A stretch of 64,000 nt of DNA from Macrostomum lignano (Eukaryota), in contig NIVC01002230.1 in assembly GCA_002269645.1 (NCBI GenBank), forward strand, positions 1 through 64,000, given 5' to 3'. The notes under the pieces are model-generated. The model worked only from the letters and a program-made list of their open reading frames with translations, did not search any database and had not been told where the DNA came from. How positions within the stretch are numbered: the first letter of the stretch is position 1; each line of letters begins with the position of its first letter. This document shows positions 52,844-64,000 of the stretch, piece after piece. The position numbers were made by a program, and so were the translations under genes.

Positions 52844-55800
52844 ATGGCCGAACCCGACCGGTCCAGCCGCAACAGCCGGCTGCGCAGTTTCTACCAGCAG
52901 GGCCAGGTCGAGTCCGACGCCGCCTCAGTCGGCCTGAATGTCGATCCGTGCGACATTGACGGCGCCGGCTTCGACCCGGAGGTGTACCTAAGCAAGCTGC
53001 TGCAGGAGCAGCCGCTGACCAGCCTCATGGCAAAGGAGCAGCAGATGGTTGACCAGATCCGCCAGCTGGACTCCGACATGCAGACTCTGGTCTACGATAA
53101 TTATTCCAAATTCATATCGGCCACCGATACTATTAGAAAGATGAAGAGCGACTTCCACCGGATGGAGCAGGAGATGAACAACCTGGCTGAGAGCGTGTCC
53201 GCAATGAGCCAGCAGGCTGCTGACGTCCGCCAGCACGTGGGCGGCAAGCGGGCCGAGTTGAAGCGGCTGGCCGGGGTGTCCGCCCTGCTGCACAAGCTGC
53301 AGTACCTGCTGGACCTGCCGGCTCGGCTCACCGAGCTGCGACGTGAGGGAGCTCACCAGCAGGCCATTCGAGCTTGGCAACAGGCCGACCGGGTGCTCAG
53401 TCGGTACGCCGATCTGCCGAGCTTCCGGCCTATCAGGTGAGTGCATCTGGCGATCGGCTGGCGGGCTCTCCACAGATCTAGCGGGCTGGTTCTCCACAGA
53501 TCTAGCGGGCTGGTTCTCCACAGATCTAGCGGGCTGGCGGACTCTCCACAGATCTAGCGGGCTGGTTCTCTACAGATCTAGCGGCCTGGTTCTCCACAGA
53601 TCTAGCGGGCTGGCGGGTTCTCCACAGATCTAGCGGGCTGGCGGGTTCTTCATCGCCGTCTTTTACCAAATTCGCAGAGCGGACTGCCTGGCCATCATGG
53701 CCGAGCTGCGCGCCCAGCTGTGGAAGCGGTTTAACGAAGGCGGCAGCGGCACCGAGAGCGGCGGCGAAGGCGGCAGTGGTGGCGGCGCCCCAGACGCCAG
53801 GCAGCTGGCGGAACTGGTGGACCTGCTCGGCCAGCTGGGCGAGTCCGAGGCCGACCTGTCGGCGGCTTTCCTGCGTCAGGCCGACCCGCGGATGCAGCGC
53901 CTGCTGGGCGACCTCGAAGCTCAGGCTGGCAGCCTGCAGGACGACGTGCTGCAGTTTGTTGACCAGGGCTGCAACCACCTGGTGTCCGAGCTCTGCATTC
54001 TCATCGCTGTGTTTGGCGACATCTTTCCCAGGTGAGGATTTTTGTATTCATTATACAGGGATACTTATTTCATGGGATTTTATCCCATCGCACATGGGTC
54101 GAGCAAGCTCCGGTACCCGTGCCACATGCGCCTCTGCAAAGCCTCTGTCCGGCCCTCGGGTCCTTTGAAACTTCTCTCCTATCCCCTCTTCTCTCCCCTC
54201 TCTACTCTTCCCTCTTATCTTCTCTATCCTCTTCTTTCCTCTCTTCTCTCTTCTTTTCTCTCTCCTCTTTCTCTTCTATTCTCTCTTCTCTCTCCTATCT
54301 CCTCTTCTCTTCTCTCTTCTTGCTTCTGTCCTCTCTTCTCTCTTCTCTCTTCTTTCTCCTTTCCCCTCTCTCCTCTATTCTCTCTTCTCTTATCTCCTTT
54401 CCACTCTCGTCTGGCTCGTAGTCAAAAGCTAGATTCTTTATCTGGCCCTTGGGATCAAAAAGTTTTTCTACCCCAGGGTTTTATCAAGAGGATTCCAATA
54501 TCTGTTTTGTTTCATTTGTTTGAGTTAGTCATTAGGTTTTGTTGAAACTAATATATTTTCAAATCCCATTCCTTGCTCAATATCCCAAACCAGTCCCGAG
54601 TCCCGCGCCAAGCTCGAGGCCTACCACGAGTCAGTCATGCGCTCCTACCTGGCCATCGTGTCCAAGCGGTTCTGCCTTGAAGCCCGGGAGTCCGGCGGCA
54701 CCGGCGACTCCCTGCTGGTGCGCGCCTGCGACAGATTCCACCGCAAGCTGCAGGCCATGCACCGGCTGGTCACCGAGGGCGAGCTGTCAGTCAGAGCCTT
54801 GGCCGTGGTGTGCGACGCTGCTGCCGAGCGGGCGGGTGCGGTGCGGGCGCAGCTGGACCTCCGCCTGACCGCCGCGCTGTCCGGCCTCCGCTCCCAGCTG
54901 GCCACCGCCGGGGCCCGCAGTGTCAGCCTGCCTCAGCTGATGGCCGGCCTGCTCACGGAGCTGGTGGACGCTGTGAAGGCCGCCCTTGCTGGGCTGCAGG
55001 TGAGGGGGACCTCTTGTTTTATTGTTTTATTGCTTTGTCCTGTGTGCAGTTCCTCAGTTGCTGTGGCCAGCCTCCCAGATCCTCAGTTGCTAGGCCAGCC
55101 TCCCAGATCCTCAGTTGCTGGGCCACAGCCTCCCAGATCCTCAGTTGCTGAGCCAGCGCCGACCTCCCAGATCTTCCATTTAAGAATCCATAATCATCCC
55201 AGTGTCGTCCCGAACCACTCGCAGGCCTTCCTAGCAACGGACGTGAGCTTCTCGCTGAAGCCGGCATTCCGCGAACGGTTCTGTGTGCGCGCCGTCCGCC
55301 AGGAGCTCCTGGCCGGCTTCCTGAACCACCAGGCCACCCAATGCGCCCGCCTCGCCCAGCTGTCGCCAACGCCACCGCCTCTCCTGCTGCTGCTTCTGTC
55401 CCGCTACTGTTTGGACTTTCGCAACTCCTCTCTGCACTACCTGTGCACCCTGGCAGACGAGCAATTCCTGGTGCCGGAGTCTCCCCAGGCGGAGGCTTTG
55501 GTGACGCCCGTCAGCGAGTTGTCGGCGGTGTACAGCGACTCGGCTGCGGAGCTGCTGCAGGCCTACGTCTGCGCTAGCGGCGGCACCCTGGCCGGCATGC
55601 TGCGCAAGTCGGTGGATGCCAGGGACTGGCTGCAGGTACGGTGGGGCCTGCCGTCGAGTGCTGATTATCTACTCATAGTAGTTAATGATTCATAAATGTT
55701 TGCATACTGTATCTAGAATATTTAAATTCATTATAAAAGCTACCATATCTCATGCCGTACTCTATACTGTCATTTACTGTACTCTATACTGTCATTTACT

Positions 55801-56583
55801 GTACTCTATACTGTCATTTACTGTACTCCATACTGTCATTTACTGTACTCTATACTGTCATTTACTGTACTCTATACTGTCATTTACTGTACTCTATACT
55901 GTCATTTACTGTACTCTATACTGTCATTTACTGTACTCTATACTGTCATTTACTGTACTCTATACTGTAATTTACTGTACTCTATACTGTCATTTACTGT
56001 CCTCTATACTGTCATTCACTGTCGAATTCCGCAGGGCATCGAGCCCCGTTCAGTTCGCGCCGTTGTCAAACGTGTCGTTGAAGATCTCGCCGGCATCGAC
56101 GCTTCGGTGTCCAGCCTATACGATGAAGCGCCTAGCGGTGGCGGCGGTCGCGGCGGCGGCGACCGGTCCTCGGACAGCAGCGCCAGCCGGCTCGCCCGCC
56201 GGCCGCTGACTGCCGCCAGCCGCAGCCAATGGTCGGCAACGCCGTCCACCCTCGGCAACAGCCTGCTGCACCGCCTGTTCAGCGACAAAGTCGACCTTCT
56301 CGGTCCGGCCGAATTCGGACGCGCCTCCGTTGTGTCCGGAGTTGTCCGGTTAGCTTTGAAAACCCTGCTAGAATGCGTCCGGTTGAAGACCTTCGGCCGC
56401 TACGGCCTGCAGCAGGTGCAGGTGGACTGCCACTATCTGCACGCGTTTCTCTGGCGCTACGTGTCCGACGACAGTGTTGTGCACTTTCTGCTCGAGGAGA
56501 TTCTGGCCAGCGCCGCGCACCGCTGCATCGATCCCGTCTCTATGGAGCAGTCTGTTGTTGAGCTCATCGTTGAGCGGGACTGA
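52844..56583 (+). CDS. VPS51: VPS51 (GARP/EARP complex subunit), ~770 aa; exons 52844-53436, 53678-54031, 54594-54999, 55225-55635, 56035-56583
   Basis: FDPEVYLSKL...QIRQLDSDMQTLVYDNYSKFISATDTIRKMKSDF, DVSFSLKPAFRERFC, RKSVDARDWLQ|GIEPRSVRAVVKRVVED, ECVRLKTFGRYGLQQVQVDCHYL. All junctions GT-AG and in phase. The start Met is inferred. Confidence 0.95.
53455..53648. repeat. 24-nt minisatellite, VPS51 intron 1
   Basis: CTCCACAGATCTAGCGGGCTGGTT units. Confidence 0.88.
55045..55170. repeat. 28-nt GCCAGCCTCCCAGATCCTCAGTTGCTGG family, VPS51 intron 3
   Basis: Same unit as the arrays at 59925-61070 and 61805-63602. Confidence 0.85.
55755..56022. repeat. 22-nt minisatellite, VPS51 intron 4
   Basis: TACTCTATACTGTCATTTACTG units. 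Confidence 0.93.
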
Positions 56584-56630
56584 GTCTTTTTGTTTGTGGA
56601 TGTACTTTTATTATGGTTCTTGTACTTTTA

Positions 56631-56636
56631 AATAAA
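56631..56636 (+). promoter_or_regulatory. candidate polyadenylation signal of VPS51
   Basis: AATAAA ~50 nt after the stop codon. Confidence 0.45.
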
Positions 56637-57304
56637 AAGCCAGTATACTTTAATGGGGTTGTGTACTTTAATAAGAGTTTATGTACTCTTAATTTGATAT
56701 GATGTACTATTATTTGATTTCGTGTACTTTCGAGTAAACTTCAGTCAAAATAAACTCTGTAAACCTTATAAGCCGATGCAATACAGTTTCAGTCTTAGCT
56801 TGCGGACCCTAATTAGTATATCAATGTACTTTTCTCATAGGATATTGCTTAGTCTTAGAGTTGTTATAAAAGTGTAAAAAAATTTTCATGGCGCTTTTTC
56901 AGCTTTGTATGCCATTGTTATTTATTGGTAAGCATTGTTACAGATAGAGCCAGTTAATTGTCTTCCAGTTTTCAATTTGTTGCGTGTAATTGTCTAATTC
57001 GTTATAATTCTCTCTGACTTTATTGACACTTCAAATTCTGGTGATTTGAATAGATTTTCTGACAATATGCTATGCATACTACTGTTCAAATTTGCTTTTC
57101 CGTTTTTCGTGCACATCACATTGTCCACCTAGCTCTTTGTAGTTAAATGAACAATTAATATTAGTATAATAATAAAATTGTTACTAGAAACCAAACAGAA
57201 ATACAATCGTTTCTGATATCCAGGTTTGTTTGACAATAGCTTTCTTAGAATATATAGAGAATGCATTATCTTTAAAAAACCTTAAATAAGTCACTGATTG
57301 AGGT

Positions 57305-57435
57305 TGCTACCCCCTTGGCCTTGTAGTTGGGGGCGCCACCACCCCCTCTGCCTTGTAGATGGGGGCGCCCTCACCCCCTCGGCCTTGTAGATGGGGGCGC
57401 CACCACCCCTTTGGCCTTGTAGATGGGGGCGCTAC
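57305..57435. repeat. ~32-nt repeat (about 4 copies) upstream of ORC3
   Basis: CCCC(T/C)(T/C)GGCCTTGTAGATGGGGGCGCC units. Confidence 0.8.
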
Positions 57436-57581
57436 AACTCTACTAGGCGATTTAAAAAGGCCGAACTTGAATTTATTCATAGATTATCGTTCACCCGATT
57501 CCTACCGTGGTTTCCAGAAAAGCTCCTGATTAAAACTCCCCCACTATAGTCGCGTGAACATAAACTACTTCAAGTAGCACA

Positions 57582-60500
57582 ATGAAGCCAGCCCCTCGCC
57601 GACTGCTCATTCTGGACGGCCCGCCCGCCCTGCTGGCTCGGCTGCCGAAGTTCGCCAGGGCTTCGGGCGCCGCAGCGGGGACGCCAGCCAAGCAGCCGCC
57701 GCCTCCGCAGTCGGCCGGCAAAAGCCGCCGTCGCGCCCTGTCGCCTCAGCCGCTGGCCATGAAGATTGACAGCGGCGTCGCCGGCGGTGGTGACGCAGCC
57801 GCTGAGCAGGCGGCGGCCGACGCTCGATTCGCCGCCGTCTGGCCCTGGTACGAACAGCAGGCGGCCAGCGTCCTCGCCGAGTCCAACGTCGGCGTTTGCA
57901 GCAGTTTGGCCGACTTTCTGGCCGGACAGCACGCCGAATGGCTGCTCCGGTGGCGTCGACGGTCGGACTCGCCAACCGCCGATGACGACGGCTTCTTCGA
58001 CTGCCTGGCTGGCCGGCTGCCGTTCGCCGCGCTGCACTCCGGGGTCAACACGCCCGACAGGGACGCCATGCTGTCCGGCCTGACCGCCAGCCTTGAGGCG
58101 AGTGGGAATTTCCGACTGGCTCAGGTAGGTCACAGGGATTCTTCGGTTACCTTGACAAACTTTGGTAAGGCCTAGGGACTCATCAGTGACCTTGAAAAGA
58201 CACTGAGATTTTCCGGACACTTCAGAAACCTTGGAATTTCCCGGACAGTCTTGACTATGCCTGGGGATTTCCCGGACAGTCTTGACTATGCCTGGGGATT
58301 TCCCGGACAGCCTTGACTATGCCTGGGGCTTTCCGGACAGACTTGACTGTGCCTGGAGATTTCCCGGACAGTCTTGACTATGCCTGGGGCTTTCCGGACA
58401 GACTTGGCTGTGCCTGGGGATTTCCCGGACAGTCTTGACTATACCTGGGGCTTTCCGGACAGACTTGGCTGTGCCTGGGGATTTCCCGGACAGTCTTGAC
58501 TATGCCTGGGGCTTTCCGGACAGACTTGGCTGTGCCTGGGGATTTCCCGGACAGTCTTGACTATGCCTGGGGCTTTCCGGACAGACTTGGCTGTGCCTAG
58601 AGATTACTCTAAGATCTTTAAAAAATATCCCATTGAGACCTAACCCTGACGAGAGACCCGAAGATCCAACCAACACCCTTACGCTCTGCAACTGTCTCCC
58701 TCAGGTTGACTCCAGCGACCTGGTATCGTCTACTCAGCTGTTCTCCAAAGCGCTGGCCCAGTGGCTGCCGGAGATCGGGTCCACCCCGGTACAGGCTGGC
58801 AAAGTATCTGTCAATATAAAGCACACGTTTCTGCTGGCTGCTGAAGTCTATCAGAGCGTCTTCGGGGCTGCCGCGGACAAAAGGCAGAAGCAGCAAAAGC
58901 AACAGCCGCCGCAGCTCGTTCTGCTGATTCGCGACTTTGACGAGACCACCAGCGGCAAGGCGCTAAACAAATTTATTCTTGTGAGTGACATGTTTTCGTC
59001 TACTTAGTAAGTAGTACTTTATGCTGGTAAAGTGTCGGATGGCAGTGTCGGATCTGATGGCAGTGTCCGATCCTCAGCCGCCCTCCCCGTGTTTGTCGGA
59101 GGGGGGGGGGTTACTGCATGCTGCTAATTTTGCAACGTCACCCGATCGATCTCCTCCAGGTGAGCAGCCACTACGCGGCCCAGCTGCCCGTGGCCTGTGT
59201 GTGCAGCCTGTCCAAGACTCTGGCCAGCCTGCAGTCTCTGCTGTCCAGCCGCGCCTTGGCCCGCCTGTCCGTCCGCTGCTTCCGGTCCGCCCCGGCCGGC
59301 ATCCTGTTCGACCGGGTGCTGGACCGCGTCCTCATCAACTGCCGGCAGTGGCATTTCCGCCTCAGCCGGCCGACTTTTGACTGTCTAGTTGAAGCCTTCG
59401 ACGAGAGAGAGTTCTCCATAGCGGCCTTCATGCTGCGGCTGAGGCTCGCGCTGCTCGGCCATATCGGCGCCGAGGACCCGGCCGGCACGGCGCACCTTCG
59501 CCAGCTGCGCGCGGTGCCGCTGGTCATGCAGCTCATTGGCAAACTGCTCAACTGGGACTCGCGTCGGGACATCTATTCTCTGTTGCTTAGCAACCGGCAG
59601 CACCTGTGCGACAGCGAGGAATACCTGAGCCGCCTGGCCGCCCTGCTGGCTGAGAGCACCGAGACTGTGCTGGCCAGGGTGGATTCCGCCAGGCAGCTGC
59701 TCAACCTGCTCAATGAGGACTGCGACTCGCTCACCCAGTCGCTGCTTGCCGGCTGGTCCGCCTATCTTGACGAACTAGCCGATGAACTAACCAGACGGCG
59801 GGACGAGACCGCAGCTTTGACCGACCCTGCAGTTGCCAGCCCCGGACAGGGCGACCCCGGCTCCGAGCATAAGGTGTGCGGCTGGGGTACTCTGTGTTGT
59901 CCGGGCCTCCCATTCTCAAGCTTGGCCGCTACCCTCCCAGATTCTCAGTTGCTGGGCCAGCCTCCCAGATGCTCAGCTGCTGGGCCAGTCTCCCAGATCC
60001 CCACCAGTTGCTAGGCCAGCCTCTCAGATCCTCAGTTGCTGTTTGCCAGCCTCCCAGATCCTCAGTTGCTGTTTGCCAGCCTCCCAGATCCTTAGTTGCT
60101 GTTTGCCAGCCTCCCAGATCCTCAGTTGCTGGGCCAGCCTCCCAGATCCTCAGTTGCTGGGCCAGCCTCCCAGATCCTCAGTTGCTGGGCCAGCCTCCCA
60201 GATCCTCAGTTGCTGAGCCAGCCTCCCAGATCCTCAGTTGCTGAGCCAGCCTCCCAGATCCTCAGTTGCTGAGCCAGCCTCCCAGATCCTCAGTTGCTGA
60301 GCCAGCCTCCCAGATCCTCAGTTGCTGAGCCAGACTCGCAGATCCTCAGTTTCTGGGCCAGCCTCCCAGATCCCCACCAGTTGCTAGGCCAGCCTCTCAG
60401 ATCCTCAGTTGCTGGGCCAGCCTCCCAGATCCCCACCAGTTGCTAGGCCAGCCTCTCAGATCCTCAGTTGCTGGGCCAGCCTCCCAGATCCTCAGTTGCT

Positions 60501-61705
60501 GAGCCAGCCTCCCAGATCCTCAGTTGCTGAGCCAGCCTCCCAGATCCTCAGTTGCTGAGCCAGCCTCCCAGATCCTCAGTTGCTGAGCCAGCCTCCCAGA
60601 TCCTCAGTTGCTGAGCCAGACTCGCAGATCCTCAGTTTCTGGGCCAGCCTCCCAGATCCCCACCAGTTGCTAGGCCAGCCTCTCAGATCCTCAGTTGCTG
60701 GGCCAGCCTCCCAGATCCCCACCAGTTGCTAGGCCAGCCTCTCAGATCCTGAGTTGCTGGGCCAGCCTCCCAGATCCCCACCAGTTGCTAGGCCAGCCTC
60801 TCAGATCCTCAGTTGCTGGGCCGCCTCCCAGATCCTGAGTTGCTGGGCCAGCCTCCCAGATCCCCACCAGTTGCTAGGCCAGCCTCTCAGATCCTCAGTT
60901 GCTGGGCCGCCTCCCAGATCCTGAGTTGCTGGGCCAGCCTCCCAGATCCTCAGTTGCTGGGCCGCCTCCCAGATCCTGAGTTGCTGGGCCAGCCTCCCAG
61001 ATCCCCACCAGTTGCTAGGCCAGCCTCTCAGATCCTCAGTTGCTGGGCCGCCTCCCAGATCCTGAGTTGCTATGTCTTTCTAGTTTGCAGCAACTCACTG
61101 TGCCTATTTTTTGCCATGGAAACGTACCTACTTATTGCCATGGAAACGTACCTACTTATTGCCATGGAAACGCACCTATTTGCCCGCATCAGCTGACCCG
61201 GCAGGCGCAGCGCCAGCAGCTGGAGGCTGAGATCAGCCGTCGCGCTGAGCAGACCAAAATCGGCGCCAATCTGCGCACCCGCCTGGTCGATTGTCTCAAT
61301 AGGCGCCTACGCGCCGACCTGCAAGCGCCGCTGCCCGGCCTCCACGCCAACTGCCGGCCTGCGCTGACGGCCGCCTTCGCCGCCGATCCGGCCGGCTGGC
61401 TTGAGAAGCAGCTGCTGGGCGGCGATGAGGCGGAGGTCAGCGAGTCAAACGGCATGGCGGACGTGCGCGTGGCCTTCCGCCTGGTGAAGGAGTGCCGCAG
61501 GCTGGTCCGCACCGTGGAGCTCATGCAGTCGTTTGCCGCCTGCCGCGCCGCCGATGGTGACGCTGGCAATGCCGAGAATTCGCCGTCGCCGTCGCAGATG
61601 CTGCAAGTTCGATTCATGCGGGCCTGCGCTCAGCTGCAGCTCATGGGCTTCGTGAAGATCTCCGCCCAGCGGCCCGACCGCATCGTTAGGCTCACCGCCG
61701 TCTGA
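57582..61705 (+). CDS. ORC3: origin recognition complex subunit 3, ~681 aa; exons 57582-58124, 58705-58980, 59160-59873, 61193-61705
   Basis: LPFAALHSGVNTPD, LVLLIRDFDE...LNKFIL|VSSH, EREFSIAAFMLRLRLALLGH. Winged-helix end VAFRLVKECRRLV...QVRFMRACAQLQLMGFVKISAQRPDRIVRLT resembles ORC3 [31 protein letters not shown]. Three phase-0 GT-AG introns. Confidence 0.88.
58225..58598. repeat. 30/31-nt alternating minisatellite, ORC3 intron 1
   Basis: ATTTCCCGGACAGTCTTGACTATGCCTGGGG alternating with CTTTCCGGACAGACTTGGCTGTGCCTGGGG. Confidence 0.9.
59925..61070. repeat. 28-nt minisatellite, ORC3 intron 3
   Basis: GCCAGCCTCCCAGATCCTCAGTTGCTGG and variants. Confidence 0.95.
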
Positions 61706-61804
61706 GCTGGCCCGGCGCGTCTGCGCTCTGGGTTGCTAAGAGCTAAATTAACTACCCATTTCCGGGTTCGAGTTCGAGTCATAGTCGGGATGCCACTTAA
61801 ATCG

Positions 61805-63602
61805 CTGATCCTCAGTTACTGGGCCGCCGCCAGCCTCCCAGATCCTCAGTTGCTGTGGCCAGCCTCCCAGATCCTGAGTTGCTGGGCCAGTCTCCCAGAT
61901 CCTGAGTTGCTGGGCCAGCCTCCCAGATCCTCAGTTGCTGGGCCAGCCTCCCAGATCCTCAGTTGCTGGGCCAGCCTCCCAGATCCTGAGTTGCTGGGCC
62001 AGTCTCCCAGATCCTGAGTTGCTGGGCCAGCCTCCCAGATGCTCAGTTGCTGGGCCAGCCTCCCAGATCCTCAGTTGCTGAGCCAGCCTCCCAGATCCTC
62101 AGTTGCTGAGCCAGCCTCCCAGATCCTCAGTTACTGGGCCGCCGCCAGCCTCCCAGATCCTCAGTTGCTGTGGCCAGCCTCCCAGATCCTGAGTTGCTGG
62201 GCCAGTCTCCCAGATCCTGAGTTGCTGGGCCAGCCTCCCAGATCCTCAGTTGCTGGGCCAGCCTCCCAGATCCTGAGTTGCTGGGCCAGTCTCCCAGATC
62301 CTGAGTTGCTGGGCCAGCCTCCCAGATCCTCAGTTGCTGGGCCAGCCTCCCAGATCCTCAGTTGCTGAGCCAGCCTCCCAGATCCTCAGTTGCTGAGCCA
62401 GCCTCCCAGATCCTCAGTTACTGGGCCGCCGCCAGCCTCATAGATCCTCAGTTGCTGTGGCCAGCCTCCCAGATCCTGAGTTGCTGGGCCAGCCTCCCAG
62501 ATCCTCAGTTGCTGTGGCCAGCCTCCCAGATCCTGAGTTGCTGGGCCAGCCTCCCAGATCCTCAGTTTCTGGGCCAGTCTCCCAGATCCTGAGTTGCTGG
62601 GCCAGCCTCCCAGATCCTCAGTTGCTGGGCCAGCCTCCCAGATCCTGAGTTGCTGGGCCAGTCTCCCAGATCCTGAGTTGCTGGGCCAGCCTCCCAGATC
62701 CTCAGTTACTGGGCCGCCGCCAGCCTCATAGATCCTCAGTTGCTGTGGCCAGCCTCCCAGATCCTGAGTTGCTGGGCCAGCCTCCCAGATCCTCAGTTGC
62801 TGTGGCCAGCCTCCCAGATCCTGAGTTGCTGGGCCAGCCTCCCAGATCCTCAGTTTCTGGGCCAGTCTCCCAGATCCTGAGTTGCTGGGCCAGCCTCCCA
62901 GATCCTCAGTTGCTGGGCCAGCCTCCCAGATCCTGAGTTGCTGGGCCAGTCTCCCAGATCCTGAGTTGCTGGGCCAGCCTCCCAGATCCTCAGTTGCTGG
63001 GCCAGCCTCCCAGATCCTCAGTTGCTGAGCCAGCCTCCCAGATCCTCAGTTGCTGAGCCAGCCTCCCAGATCCTCAGTTACTGGGCCGCCGCCAGCCTCC
63101 CAGATCCTCAGTTGCTGTGGCCAGCCTCCCAGATCCTGAGTTGCTGGGCCAGCCTCCCAGATCCTCAGTTGCTGTGGCCAGCCTCCCAGATCCTGAGTTG
63201 CTGGGCCAGCCTCCCAGATCCTGAGTTGCTGGGCCAGTCTCCCAGATCCTCAGTTGCTGAGCCAGCCTCCCAGATCCTCAGTTGCTGGGTCAGCAGCCTC
63301 TCAGATCCTCAGTTGCTGAGCCAGCCTCCCAGATCCTCAGTTGCTGGGCCAGCCTCCCAGATCCTCAGTTGCTGGGCCAGCCTCCCAGATTCTCAGTTGC
63401 TGAGCCAGCCTCCCAGATCCTCAGTTGCTGGGCCAGCCTCCCAGATTCTCAGTTGCTGAGCCAGCCTCCCAGATGCTCAGTTGCTGGGCCAGCCTCCCAG
63501 ATCCTCAGTTGCTGGGCCAGCCTCCCAGATGCTCAGTTGCTGGGCCAGCCTCCCAGATCCTCAGTTGCTGGGCCAGCCTCCCAGATCCTCAGTTGCTGGG
63601 CC
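61805..63602. repeat. 28-nt minisatellite downstream of ORC3 with higher-order structure
   Basis: Same unit; near-identical blocks 288 nt apart (track ORFs 62457-62648 and 62745-62936 translate identically). Confidence 0.95.
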
Positions 63603-64000
63603 ACCGCCCATAGCCCGATCCCCTTAGCTCAGCCCATAATCCCTGTATTCCGTGTGGCTACTGTATCGTATTCATAAGCTTGTTTACCATCTGTTTTTTA
63701 TTACTGTATAAAGCAATGACGCTCTGGTTACCACAATAAGCTGTTCAATTAATAATTAGCCGGTAATTCGCGCTCTGCTCTGCGTTATTTATTGGCTTGA
63801 TTGCCGTTTGCCCCCAGCTCAAATGCACGGCGTGCTAAAAGTTTTTTTTCTTAATGCATTTCAAAATTTTTCTGTGCTTCAATTTTTTGCTTTTTGTCTG
63901 CGTTTAAATTTACTACTTATACTACTCACTATTCTCGTATAGTAGGCTATAAAGTGCATTTTGGGTTATTATGCTTTATTTAGTTGTATTATTCTTTCAG

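Overview
Eukaryotic (metazoan) genomic DNA with GC-rich exons, AT-rich spacers and a different minisatellite in almost every long intron and intergenic gap. This architecture resembles the flatworm Macrostomum (inference, not verified). I reconstructed eleven protein-coding genes by hand from splice sites and reading frames. In order: a ZYG11-like CRL2 substrate receptor (5'-partial, with serial -1 frameshifts), one minus-strand DEG/ENaC channel, then nine consecutive plus-strand genes: PSME3IP1/FAM192A, LZTR1, MFSD14/HIAT1, two highly divergent SSB-type OB-fold genes with mitochondrial-presequence-like leaders, SLC25A32, a 3-domain gelsolin-like gene with two GC-AG introns, VPS51 and ORC3. 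Mobile DNA comprises two hAT-type MITEs with 8-bp TSDs and a 1.5-kb deleted hAT-like transposon with a 5-bp TSD inside an LZTR1 intron. The most novel-looking item is the tandem pair of divergent SSB-like genes (40839-43956) next to a mitochondrial carrier, inside a co-oriented, possibly operon-like block. Most long ORFs in the supplied track are artefacts of stop-free tandem repeats. Repeat boundaries are approximate, and all homology calls come from recalled family motifs, not database searches.
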